Assembly: GCA_963674735.2 (NCBI GenBank)
Contig: CAXXQS010000001.1
Span: forward strand, 160,001-224,000
From: Myxococcota bacterium
Lineage (GTDB): Bacteria > Myxococcota_A > SURF-8
Direction of reading: 5' to 3'
Length of the DNA stretch: 64,000 nucleotides
Below the pieces are notes generated by a model. It saw only the letters and a program-made list of their open reading frames with translations, did not search any database and was not told the DNA's origin. Below, piece by piece: positions 20,633 through 29,419 of the stretch (its first letter is position 1; each line of letters opens with the position of its first letter). The translations under genes and the position numbers were made by a program.

Positions 20633-21949
20633 ATGAGCGATCAGCATAACCATAATTGTGGAGGTGGAAGCGGTTGCGGCGGCGGAAGCGGCTGTGGCGG
20701 TGGAAACGGCAGTGGTCAGGGAGATGATGCCCAGCGACCCGATGCCCAGGAAGTGGTAAAAGAACTCATGCTCAAAGAGCGCATGGGCAAAGTGCGCAAC
20801 AAAGTCCTGGTGTTGTCGGGTAAAGGCGGTGTCGGGAAAAGCACCGTGGCCGTCAACCTGGCGCGTTCGCTGGTGCGCAAGGGATTCAAAGTCGGCCTGC
20901 TCGACATCGACGTGCACGGTCCGAGCGTGCCGGTGATGCTGGGGTTGGAGGGCCGCCGCCTGGGCGAAAGCCCCAACGGTATCGCCCCGGTGGAAACGGC
21001 CGGACTCAAGGTCGTGTCGGTGGGCTTCATGCTGCCCGACGATGACAGCCCCGTCATCTGGCGCGGCCCCCTCAAAATGGGACTCATCGAGCAGTTTCTG
21101 CGCGATGTCGAATGGGGCGATCTGGACTTCCTGATCGTCGATGCTCCTCCGGGAACCGGCGACGAGCCGCTGTCGATCGCGCAGTTCCTCCCGGAAGCCT
21201 ATGCGTTGATCGTCACGACTCCGCAACGCGTTTCCACCATGGACGTGCGCAAGTCCATCACCTTCTGCGGCAAGCTCAATCTGGAGGTTTTCGGCCTGGT
21301 GCAGAACATGAACGGCATGGTGTGTCCGCATTGCGGCGAGCACATTCCGGTGTTCCCCATGGGCGAAGCCGAGAAAATGGCGAAGGACATGGGGGTATCG
21401 ATTTTGGCCAGCCTGCCGATCGATCCGGCCGTCTCGGCGGCCGCCGACCACGGTCAACCGTTTGCCGAAAGCGAAACATCGCCGACGTCGGTGGCCATGG
21501 CTCCCCTGGTGGAATCGCTGGTGTCGTTTGCCGAAATGAAGCGGAAAGCGGCCGACGCAAAGGAACTGACGCAGATCGCGGCTGCCGCACCGAAGAAAGC
21601 GGAGGGCAAACTGGTGGCGGCCGTTCCTCTGGCGGACGGCAAGCTGACGGCGCACTTCGGTCACTGCGAAACCTTCGCCTTCGTCACCCTCGACGAAAGC
21701 AGCAAGACGGTTGTCGCCCGGCGCGACCTGGCGCCGCCGCCGCACGAGCCGGGTGTGATTCCGCGTTGGGTGGCCGAACACGGCGCCAACCTAATTTTAG
21801 CCGGTGGCATGGGTAGCAAGGCCCGTGATATTTTCGAGGCCGCCGGGGTGAACGTGGTAACGGGCTGTCCCGAGGACGAACCCGAAGCGCTGATCCTTGC
21901 TTATGTCAACGGAACGCTGGCCACGGGCGAGAATGTGTGCGATCATTAG
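20633..21949 (+). CDS. Mrp/NBP35 (ApbC) Fe-S carrier ATPase fused to a NifB/NifX domain (MrpORP-like)
   Basis: SGKGGVGKS, DIDVHGPS, VIWRGP, DAPPGTGD, CPHC; C-terminal 'HFGHC..F', 'PPPHEPG', 'GGMG', 'NVCDH'. Confidence 0.93.
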   Translation: MSDQHNHNCGGGSGCGGGSGCGGGNGSGQGDDAQRPDAQEVVKELMLKERMGKVRNKVLVLSGKGGVGKSTVAVNLARSLVRKGFKVGLLDIDVHGPSVPVMLGLEGRRLGESPNGIAPVETAGLKVVSVGFMLPDDDSPVIWRGPLKMGLIEQFLRDVEWGDLDFLIVDAPPGTGDEPLSIAQFLPEAYALIVTTPQRVSTMDVRKSITFCGKLNLEVFGLVQNMNGMVCPHCGEHIPVFPMGEAEKMAKDMGVSILASLPIDPAVSAAADHGQPFAESETSPTSVAMAPLVESLVSFAEMKRKAADAKELTQIAAAAPKKAEGKLVAAVPLADGKLTAHFGHCETFAFVTLDESSKTVVARRDLAPPPHEPGVIPRWVAEHGANLILAGGMGSKARDIFEAAGVNVVTGCPEDEPEALILAYVNGTLATGENVCDH

Positions 21950-21958
21950 CCGATATGT

Positions 21959-21992
21959 CGGCGGACCGGACTGCCGACGGTCCGCCGGTTTT
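21959..21992 (+). terminator. Rho-independent terminator
   Basis: CGGCGGACCG/CGGTCCGCCG stem followed by GTTTT. Confidence 0.6.
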
Positions 21993-22056
21993 AGCATGAC
22001 CGACTCCCAACGTTTCGTGTCATGATGGCTCCGGGTTGCGAAAAATCAAGGTGCGT

Positions 22057-23124
22057 ATGTTTATGAAATGGCACATCGGGGTATGGATCGCGGTCGTTGC
22101 TATCGCACTGCTGGCCGCGGCGTGTGTCGTGAAAGGCCGTTGCCAGAACCAGTCGGATTGCAGCGGGGCGGAAGTGTGCGTGGACGGTCAGTGCCGCCTC
22201 GAATGCACGACCGACGACGACTGTTCCCTCGATCAACAGTGCCTCGATCAACGTTGCATACCCGCCGAAGGCTGTCAGGGCTGCCCGTATCCCGATGCGC
22301 CGCAGGGCCAGGCCGAGTGCGTTCACGGCGAGTGCCGCTTGACGGGTTGCGACGACGGCTGGCTTGATGCGGACGATGACCCGCGTACGGGCTGTGAATG
22401 CGAAATCACGCTCGATGGCGTGGAAGCCTGCGACGGTAAAGATAATGATTGCAACGGCCTGGTGGATGAAGGCTGTTCCTGCTCCCCGACAAACGGCGGG
22501 GTGGAAATCTGTGACGGGGTGGACAACGACTGCGACAACAAAATCGATGAAGATCTGCTCTGCTGCCCGAACGACATGGCGGCGGTTGAGGATCAGTTCT
22601 GTATCGACATCTACGAAGCGTCGCGTCCCGATGCCGGGGCGGCCGACGCGGGAACGGATTCGAGTCGGGCGGTCTCGAAAGAAGGTGTTGCGCCCTGGAC
22701 GATGATCAGCCAGGCCGACGCACAGGATGCCTGCGTGGCTGTCGGAAAACGCTTGTGCAATGCCGCCGAATGGTTTGCCGCCTGCCGGGGACCGTCTGAA
22801 ACGGATTATTGCTATGGCGATGAATATGAGGCGGCCACCTGCAACGGCATCGACGCCTTCTGTGAAAATCCGCAATATGGTTGCGGGCTGGAGGAATATC
22901 CCTTCCGCATGTCTGTCACGGGGGCGTTTTCGGGTTGTACCAACGCTTACGGCGTGTTCGATATCAATGGCAATGTGTGGGAGTGGGACAGCGACCCGGA
23001 AGGTCACGGGCGTGGTGGAGCCTACAATTGTTCCGACTCGCGGGCGTTGCATCTATGTGATTTTCTCAAACGCGACGGCGGAAACCGGGCGACTTCGAAT
23101 GTCGGTTTTCGCTGCTGTCGATAA
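22057..23124 (+). CDS. Cys-rich lipoprotein with putative metal-binding (MopE-like) repeats and FGE-sulfatase/C-type lectin domain
   Basis: Lipobox LAAAC; two 'E.CDG.DNDC...DE' repeats; 'KRLC...EW..AC', 'GVFDINGNVWEW', 'RGG', 'VGFRCC'. Confidence 0.85.
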   Translation: MFMKWHIGVWIAVVAIALLAAACVVKGRCQNQSDCSGAEVCVDGQCRLECTTDDDCSLDQQCLDQRCIPAEGCQGCPYPDAPQGQAECVHGECRLTGCDDGWLDADDDPRTGCECEITLDGVEACDGKDNDCNGLVDEGCSCSPTNGGVEICDGVDNDCDNKIDEDLLCCPNDMAAVEDQFCIDIYEASRPDAGAADAGTDSSRAVSKEGVAPWTMISQADAQDACVAVGKRLCNAAEWFAACRGPSETDYCYGDEYEAATCNGIDAFCENPQYGCGLEEYPFRMSVTGAFSGCTNAYGVFDINGNVWEWDSDPEGHGRGGAYNCSDSRALHLCDFLKRDGGNRATSNVGFRCCR

Positions 23125-23136
23125 ACGGGATAGCCG

Positions 23137-23649
23137 ATGCGGGATGGGAAACAATCGGTCGCTCGATGGCGCGGAAGATGGCGGGTAAGCCTGCTTCGCC
23201 TTGCCGTTTTGCTTTTTCTGCCGAGCGCGATCGGGCTGAGCGTCAATGCCGCCCGTCCCGACTCGTTGGCTTGGGTGGCGGTCGTTCCCTATGAAATATA
23301 CGCCGATTGCCCCGAAACCTATGCCAAGGCCGAACCGATAACCGTTGAAGCGGCGCGTGCCGCACGGAAACGTCTGGTGGTGGATGCGCGGCCCAAGAGC
23401 GAATTCGACGCAGGCCATCTGCCTGATGCGTGGTCGTTGCCTTACGATTCGCTCTTTCCCGTCGCTGCCGAGGACTTGGCACGCATTCGCGATGGGGCGA
23501 CCGGACGGTTGGTGGTGGTGATCGGCAAAGGTATGAATGCCCGCCTGTTGGCGGATGAGTTGGCCGAGGGCGGACTCAAAGGCATTCGCTACCTGGCCGA
23601 TGATCACGATTGGCGCAGTCTGATGAACGGTGGAGGGGGGCAGCCATGA
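23137..23649 (+). CDS. Membrane-anchored rhodanese-like domain protein
   Basis: 'VVDARPKSEFDAGHLPDAWSLP'; no active-site Cys. Confidence 0.8.
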   Translation: MRDGKQSVARWRGRWRVSLLRLAVLLFLPSAIGLSVNAARPDSLAWVAVVPYEIYADCPETYAKAEPITVEAARAARKRLVVDARPKSEFDAGHLPDAWSLPYDSLFPVAAEDLARIRDGATGRLVVVIGKGMNARLLADELAEGGLKGIRYLADDHDWRSLMNGGGGQP

Positions 23650-24128
23650 CGAGCAAGACTTCGGTTCGTTCCTGGCTGGCGGCTTTGAGCGTTCCGGCGC
23701 GCCTCTATCTGGGGGGCGTGTTTGTGGGCGCAAGCCTGTACAAAATCGCGCTGCCCTATGAATTCGCGTTGTCCATCGCCACGTATCAAATTCTGCCGCT
23801 GGAGGTGATCAATCCCTTCGCCCTCACGCTGCCCTGGATCGAATTGGTCGTGGGAGCGGCGTTGATTCTCGGCTTCTGGACCCGTGAAAGCGCGGTTTTG
23901 ATCAGCGGCATGATGATGATGTTTATCGTGGCGCTTATTCTCGCACTTTCGAAAGATTTGCAGATGTCCTGCGGCTGCTTTGCCTCGCAGGACACCATCG
24001 ATGAAATCGGGCTACATACGGTGTTTCGCGATTTAGGCTGGCTTTTTTTGGGGCTATACGTCTGGATTGCGGACGATGGGCGTTTCGGTTTGGACCGCTG
24101 GCTGACACGAAGGAGACAGCATGTTTAG
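23646..24128 (+). CDS. MauE/DoxX family redox-associated membrane protein
   Basis: 'ARLYLGGVF..AS..KI..P..F', 'LPWIEL..G', 'SCGCF', 'RD'. Confidence 0.88.
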   Translation: MTSKTSVRSWLAALSVPARLYLGGVFVGASLYKIALPYEFALSIATYQILPLEVINPFALTLPWIELVVGAALILGFWTRESAVLISGMMMMFIVALILALSKDLQMSCGCFASQDTIDEIGLHTVFRDLGWLFLGLYVWIADDGRFGLDRWLTRRRQHV

Positions 24129-24984
24129 ACGACTGGCGATACTCGGTTGCATGATTTGGTTTGTCGCGGCGTTCTCGGTGGCGCAAGCGGCGCAGCCGGA
24201 TGTCCCCTGGGAACGTCTCACCGGAAGCGATCGGCTCAACGACACTCAAAAGGCGGTGGTGAAACGCGTACTCGAACAAGCCGATAGTTACGCGGGATGC
24301 TCCGACAAACTGATCGTCTGTTTGAGCGATAAACCGGTGGAAAAAGCGGTTATGCGTCAGGCCAATTTCGTGCTGCGGCGCGCGCTGTTGGGTCGTGGGG
24401 CAGCGGATGTTTTGAAAGACCTGGAAGCACGCGCCTTGTCGGCCTATCCGCCCCTACGCTACAAACCCGATCTGGAGGGGCTGACGCCGTCGGGCGATCC
24501 CAATTCCTTGATCAAGGTCGTGGTGTACGCGGATTTTCAGTGCCCCTACTGCAATATCGCGGGCCCGGCGCTACGGCGCATCAGCTTGGAGAACCCCGGT
24601 TTGATCGCGTATTACTATAAAAATTTCCCCGTCAAATCGCATCCGCGCGGTCTTGAAGCCGCCATGGCGCTGTTGGCCGCCGACCGGCAGGGTAAGTTCT
24701 GGGAAGCCCACGATAAGCTGTTCAAGGAAGACGAATTCCTCGGGAAAGACCTCGAACGTTATGCGGCTGAGTTGGGTCTCGATATGGCGCGCTTCAACAA
24801 AGATCGCCTGGACGACACCCTCATGACGCGCATTCGCAAGGAAAAGGAAGAAGGCCTGCTGTACGGCATGATCGGGACACCCGGGATTTTCATCAATGGC
24901 AAATTTTACAAGGGTAGTAAAAGCTACGAGGAATTGCTGGACTTCCTTATGGAAGAGAAGGATATCATTCGTGGTGAGCCGTAA
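24121..24984 (+). CDS. Exported DsbA/thioredoxin-fold protein
   Basis: Signal peptide; 'DFQCPYC', 'QGKFWE.HD.LF', cis-Pro 'GTPG.FING'. Confidence 0.9.
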   Translation: MFRRLAILGCMIWFVAAFSVAQAAQPDVPWERLTGSDRLNDTQKAVVKRVLEQADSYAGCSDKLIVCLSDKPVEKAVMRQANFVLRRALLGRGAADVLKDLEARALSAYPPLRYKPDLEGLTPSGDPNSLIKVVVYADFQCPYCNIAGPALRRISLENPGLIAYYYKNFPVKSHPRGLEAAMALLAADRQGKFWEAHDKLFKEDEFLGKDLERYAAELGLDMARFNKDRLDDTLMTRIRKEKEEGLLYGMIGTPGIFINGKFYKGSKSYEELLDFLMEEKDIIRGEP

Positions 24985-26527
24985 CTCCCTTATCGCTATC
25001 GGGATTGTATGGCTGGGCTTGCTTTGTCCGGGTGTCGTTTGTGCGGCGGGTTGCCTGGTGGGTGTGACCGACGGCCTGGAACTGGAGCGTGGCGGACAAA
25101 ACGAGGCGGCGCGAGCGGCTTATACCCGAGCCGTCGAAAACGATTCGACCTGTGCGGCGGCTTTTGTGGCTTTGGGACGTTTGGCGGTGGCGGCGAACGA
25201 CTGGCGCGCGGCCGAGCGCGCGTTGGCGAAAGCGCGGCGGCTTCTTCCTGAGGATGGGGCGCTGGGTTTGCGGCTGGCGGAAGCCTATCTGGCCCAGGAT
25301 AAATATACGTGGGCGGTGCGCACGTTGTCGGGGCTGAAGGGCCGCTTGTCCGATGACTTGGAAGCCCACCGTCGTTATCTTCTAGGTGTCGCGGCGATCA
25401 AGATGGGGGATGCCACGGCCGCCGACGAGCACTTCGCGGCCATTCCCGAAACGCGGCGCGAGACCTATCCGCAATTGGCTTACTATGAAGGCTTGTCGCT
25501 GGTCGAGCGTCAGCAGCCTGTTGTGGCGCGCGACCGGTTGGAATCCTTTTTAAGCGAAGAAGGGCGGGACCGCGCCTTCGATCCGGCGGCGCGTTTGTTT
25601 CTCGAACGTACCTACGCCGTTCAGGAACGCGACCCGCTGATTGCCGCCTCGTTGACGGCCTCGCCGATGTACGACAGCAATGTGTTGCAGCAACCCGACG
25701 ACCAGGCCGAGGCGGGCGAAAGTCCGGCATCTTTCGGGCTGTTGTTGCACGGGGCTCTGAGCGTCAATGCGTTGCGCTTGAGCCGTCACCGTCTCGGGGT
25801 CGATCTGTCGCTCACGCGCAGCTTCTACTTCGAGCAGCCTGCCGCCGATTATGCCTATACCGGGGCCAAGTTAATGCCTCGTTACCGTTTGCGTTTTCGC
25901 GGATTCGGTACGGACCAGGAACTGCACGTCGGCTATATCGGGATGGTGAGCTTTCTGGATGGCGGGGGCTTGAGCCGTGACGAAGAAAACAGCATTTATG
26001 TCTATTCCGAGTCTCACCGCGGGTTTGCCCGTTGGGTGGTGGCGGAACGCGGTTTCGGTGAAACGGCTTTGCACGTCAGTTCGGGACGGACTTTGTTTCA
26101 TCAACAGGGGCGCGACAATTGGGGGGTAAACGGTGCGTTGGGGCAGACATTTCTGCTCTCGGGTGATGAAATCAAATTATTTGTCGAAGCGTTGGGCCGC
26201 TATGAAAAAGCGCGTCGCAGCGATTACAGCCGTTGGGGTGCGGGAGCTTTTTTGGGCGTGTCGGCCATGTTGCCTTGGGATGTGAATGTGTCCGCTGCCG
26301 TTCGCTACGAGCATCTGCGCCACTTCGATTCCGCCGAAAGCCTGACCTGGACCGATTCGCGCCGCGATAATCTGTCGAGTGTCACTTTGGCGGCGATGCG
26401 GAGTTTCCTCGATCACTTGGATGTCGGGGTCAGCTATACCGCCACTCGCAATTTATCGAGCCTGGATATCTTCGACTACACACGCCATACGGTGGCGCTG
26501 ACGTTACGCGGGAGGGGCACATGGTGA
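24971..26527 (+). CDS. TPR-repeat plus outer-membrane beta-barrel protein (Slam/DUF560-like architecture)
   Basis: Signal peptide, TPR helices, 'YDSNV' barrel start, alternating beta strands, terminal aromatic residue (..GTW). Confidence 0.7.
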   Translation: MVSRNSLIAIGIVWLGLLCPGVVCAAGCLVGVTDGLELERGGQNEAARAAYTRAVENDSTCAAAFVALGRLAVAANDWRAAERALAKARRLLPEDGALGLRLAEAYLAQDKYTWAVRTLSGLKGRLSDDLEAHRRYLLGVAAIKMGDATAADEHFAAIPETRRETYPQLAYYEGLSLVERQQPVVARDRLESFLSEEGRDRAFDPAARLFLERTYAVQERDPLIAASLTASPMYDSNVLQQPDDQAEAGESPASFGLLLHGALSVNALRLSRHRLGVDLSLTRSFYFEQPAADYAYTGAKLMPRYRLRFRGFGTDQELHVGYIGMVSFLDGGGLSRDEENSIYVYSESHRGFARWVVAERGFGETALHVSSGRTLFHQQGRDNWGVNGALGQTFLLSGDEIKLFVEALGRYEKARRSDYSRWGAGAFLGVSAMLPWDVNVSAAVRYEHLRHFDSAESLTWTDSRRDNLSSVTLAAMRSFLDHLDVGVSYTATRNLSSLDIFDYTRHTVALTLRGRGTW

Positions 26528-27237
26528 AAGCCTGGATCGTGATTGTCGCCTTGTGCGTGTTGGCCGGTGGGCGAGGGTATGCCGCCGATGATACGGTGTG
26601 CCAAACGGACGACGCCGGTGGGCGGGTAAGTTGCGGAGAAGGACAGGCAGCGCTGATTCGTCTGAACGACGACGCGGCGGCAGCCGTCGGACCGCAGTCC
26701 GAAGTCCTCCGGGGCGAAACGCTCACCTTGATCAAAGGTCGCGTTCATCTCGAATCCGTCGCTCCGCTGGATCTGGCCGTTGGTCTGGATGCGGTACCTC
26801 TTCAGTTGACCGGTTGCGCCGTTGCAGAAATCACGTCCGATCGTGCTCGTTTGTGTCTTAAAGTCGATTCGCGGGCGACGGCCGGGGAAACTGTTTTCGA
26901 CGCGGACGCCCCGCTGGCTTTGCGTTGGCAAAACGGATCGTGGGAGATCGATAGCCAAACGGATTTGTGTGGCTGGTCTCCCGCTGCGGCTTTATTGGTT
27001 GGACCGCTTGCGCCTTTGGCCTTCGACAAACCGGCGGAGAATGTCGCGACGGGCGAGAAAACCGGCGGATTGAGCGGCGGGTCGGATACGGAAGAACGTG
27101 GGGGCGGTGGCGAAGCGATTTGTCTGGATTCCGCCGGGGGCTCCGGCGGAGCGGTCGACGCGATTGACAATCCTCCCGATGTGGCGGGCGAGCACGGTCA
27201 GGCGCGTGTCACCGTGCGGGTCAAACTGAGAGATTGA
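26521..27237 (+). CDS. Exported FecR-like domain protein
   Basis: Signal peptide; 'ALIRLNDD....VGPQSEV....LTLIKGRV' resembles the FecR beta domain. Confidence 0.5.
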   Translation: MVKAWIVIVALCVLAGGRGYAADDTVCQTDDAGGRVSCGEGQAALIRLNDDAAAAVGPQSEVLRGETLTLIKGRVHLESVAPLDLAVGLDAVPLQLTGCAVAEITSDRARLCLKVDSRATAGETVFDADAPLALRWQNGSWEIDSQTDLCGWSPAAALLVGPLAPLAFDKPAENVATGEKTGGLSGGSDTEERGGGGEAICLDSAGGSGGAVDAIDNPPDVAGEHGQARVTVRVKLRD

Positions 27238-27238
27238 C

Positions 27239-27949
27239 ATGCAGTATTTCGATTGGATCGTTCGGTTGGCGTTATCGAGCCTTTTGTGCCTGCTTCTGGC
27301 GGGTTGCTTTGTCGCGTCCGGACCCGATCAAAGCGCCGTAACCCTCACACTCGATCTGCCCCGTGACCAGACTCCCACCGCCCGTCTTTCCAGTGGCCAA
27401 ATCGCCGGAGGGGAGTGGGTAGATGGCAGCCGAGCCAAGTTCGAGTTGCGTGTCAGTGCCGACGATATGGACTCCATCGTGCATCAGGAAAGCCTATCCA
27501 GCGAAAACCCCGCCGACAGCCTGGTTGTGACCCTGGAAGTCGACTCCGGTGAAGCTCGTCTCTTCGATGCCGTTTTATTTGTGCAAGACGAACCGCCTCT
27601 TCGGACCTATCGGCCCGTTGAGCCGCTTTCCGTGAACCTGGATGCGGATGAAGTTCGCGATCTGACCCTAACTTTACAGCGCCAGCCGACCGGCGTGTTG
27701 ACGGTTTCAGCGACCAACGCCTCCGGTGACCGCCTGACTTTGCAAGATGTCGAGACCGGTTTCGATCTGCCGGCTTGGGACTTTATGGAAGAAGATGGCG
27801 GTACTTGGATGGTCGAGATGGATGATCTCCCACTTGAACGCGACCTGCTGCCGGTGGTTCTTTCGGCTGATGGGCAACAGCAAGAACTGCCGGATTACAT
27901 CTTCCGGCTCACGGCCGAAAATCCCTCGTTTTCCTTCGAAATTTTGTAA
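27239..27949 (+). CDS. Hypothetical beta-rich lipoprotein
   Basis: Lipobox LLAGC; acidic, beta-strand-rich. Confidence 0.7.
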   Translation: MQYFDWIVRLALSSLLCLLLAGCFVASGPDQSAVTLTLDLPRDQTPTARLSSGQIAGGEWVDGSRAKFELRVSADDMDSIVHQESLSSENPADSLVVTLEVDSGEARLFDAVLFVQDEPPLRTYRPVEPLSVNLDADEVRDLTLTLQRQPTGVLTVSATNASGDRLTLQDVETGFDLPAWDFMEEDGGTWMVEMDDLPLERDLLPVVLSADGQQQELPDYIFRLTAENPSFSFEIL

Positions 27950-28100
27950 TAAATGAGGTCTGCTTGGGTCGATCTCAAGCACGCGCGTCCAGTTTTAAAA
28001 AACATCGAAAATGCCTAAACAACGAAAAAGGTGCAATCATGCCTTGCAGGCCATGACGCTCAGCGTTATACTCGTTCAGCCTTGAGGGGAAGGAGTTGTC

Positions 28101-29402
28101 GTGGTTGTACATGGCCAAGTGAATGTTCTGCTGGTGATGATCGGGAACGCCTGGGATGGGGTTGCGCGTCTGAAAGCTCGCACGATCTTGCGAGATGTCG
28201 AGCACGTGTTGGGCGATCGTCTCGGCCGGGTTCGTCTGGTGGCCCGCCTCAATGGTTTATCCTCCGGTTTATATGTAAATGGACAAGAATTGGAAGTCAG
28301 TTCTCCGCTGCAATTGGCCGATCCACGTTCGTGGCTGCGCGATAGCGATTTGATGTTGGTGGCCAAGAACGATACCTGGGACGAGCGGGACTCGGCTCTG
28401 GAAGAAATGGGTTGGACGGCGTGGCTTGAATTGGCTCACCTGATGGGTAAACGCATCGTCGCTTACGGTCATGAGGTGGCTGAACTGGGTAGTTCGCGGC
28501 GTCGCCTGTTACGCCGTCTGATTAGTCAAGCCGGACTTGTTACCGTAAATTGTCCCAATGATATACAGTACCTGAAGTCATACGGCGTCACGAATGAATT
28601 GTTTTGCACCGCCGATAGCAGTTACTTGGTTGCACCACCCGATCCGGCATTTCGCGACCAGGTTTTAGCGCGTTTCCGCCTCGATCCCCAGGCGCGTCCG
28701 TTGATCGCCATTTTGCCCAAGTCGGTTTTCGGTGGCCGTGACCGCCGTGAAAAAAACGGAAAGCTGGGTTTGCGACCCCTTTGGAGCGCGGTTGGAGCTA
28801 CGCCCGAGCGACTGTTGCACCGGCTTCGCTACGTGCGTCAGATGGCGGCCTATGCCGATGGTTTGGTCGAGCGCTACGACGCCAACGTGGTGCTCATGAC
28901 GTTGCGTTTCACCGATGACGTGGCGGCCAGGAAAATCCATGAGTCCATGCGCGCGCGCCATCGCGCACGGTTGGTGACCATCAGCGATAACGGGCTTGAC
29001 GACATCCTGGCGCTTGTGTCGGCGGCAGGTTTGGTTGTGGCGGGGCGGGTGCATGCCGCCGTTCTGGCTTGTGTGAACGGGGTTCCCATGATCGGTGTCA
29101 GCAATGATCCGCGTTTGGAAAATTGCTTTCGCGAGGCCCGCATGAGTCCGTATTTCCTCGACTATCTTTCCCCAGACGGGCGCACGCCCAATACCTACAA
29201 GCTGGATGAATGGCTGACGGAACGCACGGAAACGGCTTTGGCCGACAGAGACGAATTGCGAGAGCGGGTGCGTCGCGCTCACGCCTCATACCGGCGGCGC
29301 GCCTTGGAGAATCGTCACTATCTCGGTGATTTCATTGAACGTTATCTAGGCGAACCCACCTCGGCTGACGAAACGGACGATCCTCGTCCGGCACATGCCT
29401 GA
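28101..29402 (+). CDS. Polysaccharide pyruvyl transferase (WcaK/CsaB-like) homologue, divergent
   Basis: 'ADSSYL', 'VVAGRVHAAVLA...GVP.IG'; N-terminal motifs eroded. Confidence 0.65.
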   Translation: MVVHGQVNVLLVMIGNAWDGVARLKARTILRDVEHVLGDRLGRVRLVARLNGLSSGLYVNGQELEVSSPLQLADPRSWLRDSDLMLVAKNDTWDERDSALEEMGWTAWLELAHLMGKRIVAYGHEVAELGSSRRRLLRRLISQAGLVTVNCPNDIQYLKSYGVTNELFCTADSSYLVAPPDPAFRDQVLARFRLDPQARPLIAILPKSVFGGRDRREKNGKLGLRPLWSAVGATPERLLHRLRYVRQMAAYADGLVERYDANVVLMTLRFTDDVAARKIHESMRARHRARLVTISDNGLDDILALVSAAGLVVAGRVHAAVLACVNGVPMIGVSNDPRLENCFREARMSPYFLDYLSPDGRTPNTYKLDEWLTERTETALADRDELRERVRRAHASYRRRALENRHYLGDFIERYLGEPTSADETDDPRPAHA

Positions 29403-29419
29403 CTAAATCTGCTTTCGCT

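Noticed and set aside
18142-21949. Nitrogen fixation genes
   Set aside because: NifB/NifX-like domains occur with ORP-type ATPases; no nifHDK or nifEN
22900-23124. DGR target (C-type lectin/FGE fold ending in GFRCC)
   Set aside because: No reverse transcriptase and no adenine-variant template repeat seen in the window
23646-24984. Methylamine utilisation (mau) cluster
   Set aside because: No mauA, mauB or mauG; only a MauE-like and a DsbA-like gene
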